Positions 11,301 through 20,300 of a stretch of DNA of 64,000 nt are shown in pieces. The stretch is taken from the NCBI GenBank assembly GCA_964247055.1, contig OZ176058.1, forward strand, positions 4,650,001 through 4,714,000, written 5' to 3'. The notes beneath the pieces are model-generated. The model ran no database searches. It saw only the letters and a list, made by a program, of their open reading frames with translations, and was not told where the DNA came from. How positions within the stretch are numbered: the stretch's first letter is position 1; every line of letters begins with the position of its first letter. This stretch comes from Paragordius varius (lineage: Eukaryota > Animalia > Nematomorpha). Both the position numbers and the translations under genes were made by a program.

Positions 11301-14300
11301 TTATTCTTTTAGGAACTGATAATGTTTTATGCCATACGCTACTGTATTCTTAAATAAATTCATTTTTATTAAATTATTTAAGCAATGTAATATTTTAAAG
11401 ATTATTTTTTATTTTGTATTTTTGCAAATTTTTAATTTGGCGTACAAAATAAAGCATAATCCTATTTATGATAACAAAACAATTATTAATTTTAAAACAT
11501 TTTTATAGTTTTAATTATTTTTTTTATTTTTAATACATGACATGGTTCCTAAATCATTACTTATAATTAACAATTAATTAAAAGTAAGGATAAGGTTGAA
11601 TAATTTCGATTAATTTTAACCAAGGACACACTTGGTAAAAACTAATTATAAGAAGTTTCATTGACATTAAGGTTATTTTATTGGTTAAAATTATGCTGGC
11701 TAGCCAATAAAAAAAAAGCAAACAACATATTATTTTATTTTTATAGTAAAATAGCTTCTTTAAGATTTTTATATCTGAGTCAAACTGAAATAACACCCCA
11801 CTTTTAGTTTTGTGAATCACAACTGCGGTTTTAAAAAAGATCTATCTACTAATTTATAATAAAAAAATTTTAAACTTCGCTTAATGTTTAAATTTACTTT
11901 TAACTAATATTTGTAGAAAAAAACAGCACAAATTAAATTAGCGAAAGGATATATAAAAAATTATGTGAAACCTAAATTTATCCGATTTTTTAATCAAACA
12001 AATTTTAATACCATGATACAGTTAAAATTAGAGTTAATAAGACAAAACAAAAAGCAAGAAGGTTTACTAAAGCTAATTAGACTATCGTTTAAGGCGAAAT
12101 AAAAAGGAATGTGTAAACTCGATAACACACATTTTTATTTCACCATTAAATGAAATGTACACTTTTTTTATTTTATACACATTTAACACTCTGTTTTTGT
12201 TTCCATATGTTACGATTTTCATTCTGTACTCTCTATTTATCAAACCAAACGATTGGTAACCATACCATCTCCCATTTATAATTCAAATTTACTCTTGAAC
12301 GATTTAAGTTCACCCTTGAACAATTCAAATTTACCCAAATAAATTATGTGTTTTCGGGCAGCTAATATAACTCACCATAAATATGAGAAAATAAATTTTT
12401 AATACATAATTTATTATTTTTTCAGCGTTATATTAATTTTAAACAGAATTTCAGACTATAAAAATATTAAAAAATAAAAATAAATCTTAATTATTTTAGA
12501 GTGTATTTGAATTGTCCAAGGAGGAATTTGAATTGTTCGGCAAATTTGAATTGTTTAAGAGGGAATTTAAATTTTTCAAGGGTAAATTTGAATTGTTGAA
12601 GGGTGAATTTAAACTGTAAATGGTATATGTACTTTAATGATGTTTGTTCGATTCACATTATTCTTGGCTATATTTTTACGTTTTGTCCATAATATAATTT
12701 CGATTTTTACTATTTATGTTTTGTCTTTAAATTTTAGTTATCAATTTACCATATTGTTTTTTATACATTATTTAAGGTTATCAAAATGTTGGTTGTAGTC
12801 GTGACGTTATTTGCCCTTCTATGGATGCCTTACCGATTTCTAGTCGTTTATAATTCTTACGCACCTCCTGAAAACAAAATAACCAATCTTTGGTTTCTAC
12901 TTTATTTATCATTTATCATAGATTTTTATCATAGATTTTGCATTCTGAAACTAATTTTTACCAAACAAATATTTATAATATTTAATTGTGCAAATATTAG
13001 TTTATTCATTTTTAAATGGTACAATGAGATCAAATTTAACAAAAAAAATCTTTTTAGAAGCAAAGTGTTAGATATAAGAAAGGCCAGTTTAAAAAGTACA
13101 ATGTCGAATCACTTGCTAAATACACGACATGATTTCTTAAAATATGCTTTACAGTCAAATTTTCTTTTACTTATATACAGTAAAAATTGAAATTATACGG
13201 ACAAAATTTAATATATATAGAAATATTTTCTACAATCATACTTTTTAAAATTTTGCTATATAATTTATTTACAATCGTAAACTACAAAATTGATAGTGGT
13301 ACCAATTTACATTTCTATTTTACATTTTGCTGTTGACAACAATCAGTTATATATAAAAAAATCAAGATTTAATAAATATGGTTGTCTTTTAGATAAAAAT
13401 ATTTGTCTTTATATTTTTATGTTTTGTCCGTATAATTTCAATCTTTACTGTATGTTTATTATGTTGGTTTTGAGACAACTTTCCTGAAAACGTGTTTATC
13501 ATTTTCCAAAAGTCGGGCCATTTTTAATAGTACACAGGGTAAACCCCAAGTATTTTAAAAAAATATCAAAATTTTTGAAAACAGGTAAGCCCCATTCAGA
13601 TTTACTAAACATGGGGGCCCTATTTTTTCATTAGAAATTTATTAAATAATAACAGAAAAAATAATTTATGCTTTATCTAATATAAAAATCGCATGTGTGT
13701 ATTAGACCCATCCTAATAGATATCACAGACGCTTGCGTAGAAATCTTTTCGAGTTTGAGTTTTCAAGAACACCATGGCAGGAGTTAACCAGTTTAATCGA
13801 TGCCTTTTTCCAGGAGTTATCGTTTTCTAAGAGACTGTAACAATGATATTGTGAGATAGTAGTCATTTTCTTTCTATAATATACCCTGCCTTTACCCCTT
13901 ACCCAACTCAGTTTTTTATATATAGATAGAGATTGATTGGGTCGAAATTCGCGACATGTTCTATACATTCGGTCGGGGTTGTCTTTATCCACGAAATAGG
14001 GTTGTTAACTTTATTTAAAAAAATTCTTTTAATGACATTGGAAACTTATTCTGTAGGATTAAACACCGTTTATTGTTTCCTGTACATGCATAAGTCGCCT
14101 TTATTGGAGTTATATTCGGTTTTCAAAATTTCAATTACTGTTTCTACCAACCGTATGTCTTTGTATGATAGGATGCTGGTGTGCTTAATAAAAGGTTTTT
14201 CTTTCGAATTCTTATGTCCGAAGTAGATGGCATTATCAGTTACGATTTGACATGTAAATCCATATCCATCTTAGTGCTTTCCATACACTTTGCAATAAAA

Positions 14301-17016
14301 ACGAATATACTTTGGGCACATCCACTTCGATCCAGCGGGTGGCGCTATTGATAGTTAACAAGTAGTAACTATTGGCTGGTCAATCAATATTTCTATGAAG
14401 CCGCTCCCATGTCTTAGTATAAATATTTCACCTATGGAATTTTCGGGGCCATTTGGCCTGGTGGATTGATATGCCTTGTAATTCTCTACCCATCGGATGA
14501 GATCGTTTCCTATGTCATTGATACTGAACTGCGGTCATTTAGAAAAGGTAGATTGCAGGTTAACTCGACGCTTTTAGATATTCTCTCTCCCAATTTTGTT
14601 ATTAGGGCCATTTTTACTTTATTTCGAAGTTTCCTTTATGGTAGTTTTTTCATCAACTGTTTCTTTTTAGTTACAAAATCATCCCCTTTATAAAGATTGA
14701 TAGAGAGGGGTAATCTTGATAAGGGGTCAGCCAAATTTATTTGATCATTTTTATATTTCTAACAAATGGACTTATAAATCCATATTTGTACAGTAAAAAT
14801 CAAAATTTTACGGACAAAAATAAAATATAAAGACAAATGTTTTTATTAAAAAGACCATACTTTTTCAGACCTTAATTTTTCCCATAGTAGCTATTTAATT
14901 GCATTTGTAAATAAAGAATTGATTGTGTTAGTTATATATATCTTTATATCAGATTTTGCCATTTAAAACAATGAGCTATATTGAAATAAATCAAGATTTA
15001 AAAAGTATGGTTGCCTTTTAGAAAAAAATATTTGTTTTTATATTTTTACGTTTTGTCCGTGAATCAGTTTTTACTGTAATATAGAATTTGGGTTTTTAAT
15101 ATCTTTTTTCCTAAAGACCACCTATAAAAGCCCTAAGTATCTGGAAGAATTAGATTAATTTTTGCCATAACAAATTCATACTTTTCTGTTACCGCATTTG
15201 TTTGACTTAACTAAATCGCATATTATTTAATCAATTTTATCGCTCTTACAGGTACAAACTGTTTTGTCGCCTCATGGTTTTCATCAACAATGCCATGAAC
15301 CCATTTCTGTACAGCGCTTTGTCTGTTAAATATCGTCGAGCTTTTCGTAAATTCTGTCGATTCCATTTGTTGTGTGGAGCGCAATACTTGTGGCCTTTCC
15401 CTTGGAAAAAACTTGGGCGCAAAGATGGGAGCACGCTATCAAAATCCATAACATTTCGAACAGGTAGGTGGCGTATCTTTAATTTTTTTAATTTTTTGCG
15501 TTATTGTATATTATATTATTTTAGAGTAAAACTTAAAATTATTTAGTAAAGAATGTGTTTTTAGATATAGATCTTCAAGCAGTCCGCGCATTAACAGTAA
15601 AAAATTAAAATTTTCACAGACAAAACGTAAAATTAATAAGACAAATTTTTTTCGACCGCTCTTCTCTACTTTTTTAAACTTAAAGTTAAATACAGCTAAT
15701 TGATTGCAAAGTATATAAAAAAGATATGAATTGGTAATATCAACTTTATACTTAACGATTGCAATTAAATAGCTTATAAAAAAAATTTAGGGGTAAAAAC
15801 ATGTGATTGTGTTTTGAAACGCGTTTTTTTATTTTTCATAGTTTTGTCCTTAACAAAAAAAATATTTTTAGATGTTGATTTCTCAAGGAAACGCCTTCCC
15901 TCCACATTCTTTCGCGAGGACAGCAAATTCAATAATGGTGACGAAGAAGAGATGGACAGTTTCTTAGAGTCGGAATATCTCAATCCTGTGGGACAAAACC
16001 GCAAATCTGCCAATATCTGGACAAAAAAACATGGAGAAAAAATCGATTTAAACTCCACCGCCATAGATGATAATCTGGCGAGCAGACCAAAATTAAATTC
16101 TCCCATAAAACCGATTCTGAAAAACGCTGCATTAAAATCTAACATCATGTATTTGAATGTGGACGACTCAATTGGTCGTCCCTCCTTTAAGGGTGGTGGT
16201 GTTAGGAAGGGACCATTTTCTCGACAAATCTCAAGGCTAGAAACTGCGTCTCATCACGACGATATTTGGAAATTACAGGAGAGGCCTTCAACTTCATCTG
16301 GGCTATTTAAAACGCGTAGTGCTTACCAGCTAGAAGAACCTTTAATACAATCCCACCCTTATGAAAATGTTTACAACATTACAGAACAAGAAATCAAATT
16401 ACATAAAAATGCAGCAGTATTAGATAGAGCACCACTTATGACAGATTTCAGGAAATTACCTGAAACATATATATCTTGTTTTTTCACAAACAACTATACA
16501 AACAAAAGCCAAAACAACATTCCCTCACTTATCCCAAGAAGTAGTCCTTTCAAAAATAATTTCCCTTCTTCCTACAAAACTCCAGCTACAGGAGGTATTT
16601 GGCAAAAACGTTTCGATTTACCCTACAACAATGTATTAAATAAAGAATCATCTAGTCAACCAGAAAAAGAACCTGCCTTACTTTTTACTAATACCGCCAC
16701 GATAAAAGAAATTCTTAGCAGCAGCAATTCTGCAGACGAAGAAGAAAAGTGGAATTATAATTTTTACACATCAGCAGTTGGCCATTCTCATGAATCTGAT
16801 ACCCATCGTTTGATTCAAACGCAAGAAAGAGATGACTGGCAAAATTTACCTCAAAGGAAAACAAAAACCATATCATCGTCTTTAACTAATACTAATAATA
16901 ATAAGCAAATAAGCAACATAAAATATTCTCCAAGCATGTCTTTTGCCGACACAGTTTGGGTCAAACGCGTCCTATTAAATGGACGCCTAAGCGTTTCACT
17001 CGAAAGTCGTCTCTAA
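3891..17016 (+). CDS. TRHR: Copy 1 (A-type): complete 7-exon TRH receptor-like class A GPCR, ~1570 aa
   Basis: Exons joined by hand with consistent phases: 3891-5317, 6303-7551, 9787-10155, 10506-10700, 12777-12892, 15252-15463, 15872-17016 (4713 nt, no internal stop). TRHR-like motifs: TM1 GN, TM2 YLVSLAVAD, TM3 QYLSINAS..SITAFTLERY, TM4 VW..SLLYC, TM5 YMTDLIVFYALP, TM6 VIKMLVVVVTLFALLWMPYR, TM7 FCR..NNAMNPFLY, helix 8 KYRRAFRKFC. An in-frame TAA at 3849 makes 3891 the first in-frame ATG unless an upstream exon exists. The symbol denotes family, not proven orthology. Confidence 0.9.
6303..7551 (+). CDS. TRHR: Copy 1 exon 2: rest of ECL2, TM5, first part of ICL3
   Basis: Acceptor TAG|A at 6302 is conserved in all copies; contains QHCSYVISR and TM5; donor CAT|GTAAGT at 7552 (phase 0). 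Confidence 0.88.
8196..8465. mobile_element. Family A MITE (TA|CAGTA..TACGGACAAAA, ~90 bp TIR) in intron 2; orthologous copies end at 21219, 38589 and 51914
   Basis: TA-CAGT start, ACTG-TA end, inverted AAGACAACCC(C)ATACTTTT / AAAAGTATGG(GG) blocks. Confidence 0.65.
9787..10155 (+). CDS. TRHR: Copy 1 exon 3: ICL3 (123 aa, phase 0-0)
   Basis: Acceptor AATAG|AAT and donor GCA|GTA conserved in four copies; frame open in all four. Confidence 0.75.
10506..10700 (+). CDS. TRHR: Copy 1 exon 4: ICL3 (65 aa, phase 0-0) with PPPY and a basic cluster
   Basis: Acceptor CATCAG|AAT, donor CAG|GTCAGT; joins as KMQ|VIKML, matching the KQVTKML start of TRHR TM6. Confidence 0.82.
11172..11344. mobile_element. 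Family B MITE (TA|CAGTAGCGTATGGCATAAAAC), ~170 bp; orthologues near 25485-25658, 41844-42013 and 55468-55637; independent copy at 768-879; relative near 26930-27047
   Basis: ~70 bp imperfect TIRs ending CCATACGCTACTG|TA. Confidence 0.72.
12272..12623. mobile_element. Family D foldback MITE in copy 1 intron 4
   Basis: Five GGGTGAATTTGAATTGTTCAA-type units in the right arm ending ACTGTAAATGG|TA; internal part is the reverse complement of 1281-1540. Confidence 0.72.
12777..12892 (+). CDS. TRHR: Copy 1 exon 5: TM6 and ECL3
   Basis: Acceptor TAAG|GTT; VIKMLVVVVTLFALLWMPYRFLVVYNSY; donor TG|GTTTCT (phase 2, weak). Confidence 0.88.
13178..13450. mobile_element. Family A MITE in copy 1 intron 5; orthologue at 43881-44160
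   Basis: TA|CAGTAAAAATTGAAATTATACGGAC ... GTCCGTATAATTTCAATCTTTACTG|TA. Confidence 0.75.
13720..14755 (-). mobile_element. Ty3/Gypsy LTR-retrotransposon pol fossil (RNase H end plus integrase) in copy 1 intron 5
   Basis: Minus-strand translation gives INLADPLSRLP (RNase H end), WERLH, YYLLTINSATRWIEV and IVTDNA (integrase D,D motifs), with many stops and frameshifts. Confidence 0.8.
14791..15076. mobile_element. Family A MITE bounding the Gypsy fossil in copy 1
   Basis: TA TSD and ~90 bp TIRs; same site in all four copies. Confidence 0.78.
15252..15463 (+). CDS. TRHR: Copy 1 exon 6: TM7, NPxxY, helix 8
   Basis: Acceptor TTACAG|G with a branch-like CTTAAC upstream; W|YKLFCRLMVFINNAMNPFLY; donor G|GTAGGT (phase 1). 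Confidence 0.9.
15872..17016 (+). CDS. TRHR: Copy 1 exon 7: C-terminal tail ending -ESRL
   Basis: Acceptor TTTTAG|AT completes a GAT codon; ORF open to TAA at 17016. Confidence 0.85.
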
Positions 17017-17155
17017 TCAATCAGACATTATAATTATTAATTGATATTATATGAAATTTTAATTTATAAATATTTACGACAATATTAATACTAAAAAGGA
17101 AATAAATTAAATATACATATTTATGTATATATATATATATATGTATGTATATATA

Positions 17156-17339
17156 CAGTCATGTATCCTTTATTTTAACAATTTTTTTTCGTTTATTGGG
17201 AATTAATATTTGGTAAAGAATGGAAAAAAACAAGAGCTCTATAACAATATCATATTCATTAAAAAGGTATAAGAATTATATTTTTATTTGTTAAAGAAAA
17301 GAGCTCAATGGTATTAACCATATCATATTAAGATTAAGG
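17156..17339. mobile_element. Left arm only of a family C foldback MITE, fused to copy 2 TM1
   Basis: TA|CAGTCATGTATCC start; homology to 32798-32995 stops at AAGATTAAGG, where gene sequence begins. Confidence 0.72.
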
Positions 17340-20300
17340 GTTCATGGGTAATATTATGGTCGTACTTGTCGTTACGGTTAAAGTAGGCGGCGGTTCAACC
17401 GCTAAAAACCCACTCAAAATTTCTACCAACATATATTTGGTGAGTTTCGCTGTGGCAGATTGTATGTCTTTGCTCGCCGCTGTGCCCGAACAAGTCGTAA
17501 GTCATTTCATCCCCGTTAATCGATGGGTCCTAGGTGGTCGCGTAATCTGTTCAGGCGCTATTTTTGTCCAATATCTATCTATCAATGCTTCGGCCTTATC
17601 AATTACGGCTTTTACGTTGGAACGTTACCTGGCTATCTCGTACCCGCTGAAGGCTCAAGTCATTTGCACTTACAAACGCGCACAAAAAATTGTGTTGGGC
17701 GTATGGATTTTCTCCCTGCTGTATTGTAGTCCATGGCTCTTTCTAACTTCCACGTTTCCCATGTACATTGTCCTCGAGAGGACAGAAACAGTTTACGCGA
17801 AACCTGGACAACAGCAAAATACTAGTAATTCGCATAGCAACTCTTTACCTTTTATACTGTCACCAAATAATTCTGTCTTATATAAAAACTGTATTTTCCT
17901 TCAAAACAATTAAGTTGCTTTACCTCATGATGGCGACAAAAAAGAAAAAAGTGACCGTAAACGCCGACAAGCATTAGTAGGAACAGAACCGAGGACAAAA
18001 GACATAAATATTGATGAATTCACTTCCTATTATCATTACGCTACTAACAAGGTTTTTTCACCAAAACAGAACGATATAACTTTCTCTAGTCCACACTATA
18101 ACAAGTATACTAAAATTTATACTTAATATATATATAGTATAAAATCATTATTAATAATATTAATCAATATGTATATATAACATTGTAAAAAAAATGTATG
18201 TTAATCAAAAACGAGGAAATAGACTCATCAGTTTCAGACAGTATAGTCCATTAATTTAGATTGCAAAATAGACATTTTCATTAATCCTTTCGTCCTTTCG
18301 TCCTTACTTATTTATTGGTAAATTAGAAATTTTTTGTCCAATGTCAAAGGCCATTCATTATTATAATTCCTGTGGTCATTTGCATATTTTAATGATTATA
18401 TGCAGCACAAAGTGTCAAACTAATATTATTATCAAGATAAGATTTTTGGTTATACATTGTTGCTTGACGAATTCATTTTTAATTAAACTTTAATAACAAG
18501 ATTTATTTGTTTTTGCAAATGGATTAAGAAAGAGAGATATAAATCTATTTTACTTTAAAAGATAAAATGAAATGACAAATCTTTGCATTTATCTGTCAAA
18601 AATTGGTTGTACTTTTTTTCAAAACTATATTTGTATGGCTCAAGTGTAAGAAACTATTTTAAGACGGTCTCTTAGTTGAGTTAATATTAGGAGGGTCATT
18701 GAATTAAATATAGAAAACTATAAGGTTAAAAATTTTTTTTTACCAGAATCAACGTTAAATAATGAGGACTTTGCTTTAAAATACTGAAAACGGGTATTTG
18801 AAGCGATATATTAGCTATAATGATTCAAATACCTTTTGTGTTTTATATCAAAGTGTTAACTTTGCTATGCGTATTGTTATCCAATCTTCATTATAAATTC
18901 GAAAAAAACCAATTTAACATTCATAGAATTCAAACCCAAAAACCAAATTTTTTTAGAATAACCGCTTGTTTCGAAATATGTTAACCAAACTATCACTTTT
19001 GATCCTTTTGAATATCTTTCTTATGGCGTTTCTATTTTTTTTATCCTATATAGTTTTGGTAGATATGCAGAAACCAGGTATCAAACGGTAAGCAAGCAAA
19101 ATATCGGAAAAATACCAATGTTTAATAAAACAACTTGCATATATGGTAAAGAAGATAATAACCTAAAACTAACATTGCAAAAATATGTGAAACCGCCTAA
19201 AAATTTCATGAAATATCGGCGAAAAAAATCATTTCGGTCCAATTTAATTTAAACCAAACAAACTTTACAACAATGGAATATGAGAATAAAACTATAAAAT
19301 CGTTTCAACAAAAGTTAGGGCAACAAAGCAACTTTAACGATGATAAGAAAACGCAAACTTTCCTTAAGCAATATAATTTAAATGTCCCTACTACAACTTA
19401 CCCACAAAATACTCAAACTACTATGAATATTCAATCTTCAATGGACCTTTCTTGTGTAGAAAAAGAGCCATCTTTTTATTACATAAATCATACACACCAT
19501 CAAATAATTTATAGTTGGCAACATTGTAGTTATGTCATTTCGAGAGAAGCATACCTAGGATACTATATGACAGATTTAATTGTGTTTTATGCGCTCCCAC
19601 TCATCATATCTTTCATATGTTACGGACTTATCATAAGGATCCTATTTCGAACCAACAAACACGAAAAATTGGTCAGAAATCGGTTTGGAAATAAAAGTAT
19701 TTTGCAAAAACATCATAATTACCGTGAAATCTCAGAGAATGGGAAAAACAGAAAAATCGTTGGACAACAGCAAGAACGCGAACAAGAACAAACTAACTCA
19801 AATCTAACTGACCTAAACAATTCATCAACCAACATTCCAGCTAAAACAGAGCAATCTTTGTTTCTGACCTTAATAAACACTATGATTTCAATAACGACAA
19901 ACGTAATCAAATCCATCAAATTATTGATAATGATGAGAATGGCCTCCCAAGACAAGGGAGGAATGATAAAATTGGTAAAATGTCAACAATACATCAATTA
20001 TCCAATTCGAGCTTAAACGATGAAAACATGGCTAGTCAGAACAGTCAAAACAATATGATTACTTCACCTCAAACCATTTTTCCCCATCTAGAGATGGTGC
20101 CAACAAAATCAATATCTCATACCAATAAAAACAACAAATTAATAATCGATTTGAGGAATGACAGAAGCGTTTTGCCTGATGGCAGCCAGATTAAAAGTGT
20201 TAAAAATGGGAATGAGTCAAATCAATCATTGGCTAATCCTTGCACCAGAAAATCTGAAAAAATTATGGATCTTTCACCAACAAAAACATCAGCATTATCC

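Noticed and set aside
15246-15449. Antisense ORFs over exons 6 and 7 (also 30874, 45967, 61643, 15774, 31486, 46542, 62193)
   Set aside because: Shadows of the sense exons; start and length vary between copies; no independent motifs.
17005-17016. C-terminal -SRL as a peroxisomal PTS1 signal
   Set aside because: PTS1 imports soluble matrix proteins; on a 7TM cytoplasmic tail a PDZ ligand is far more plausible.
17301-17329. Apparent templated insertion (TMEJ/FoSTeS signature) next to the A-B junction
   Set aside because: It matches an internal repeat of the family C element (compare 32896-32927 and 33120-33145), so differential deletion within the MITE explains it equally well.
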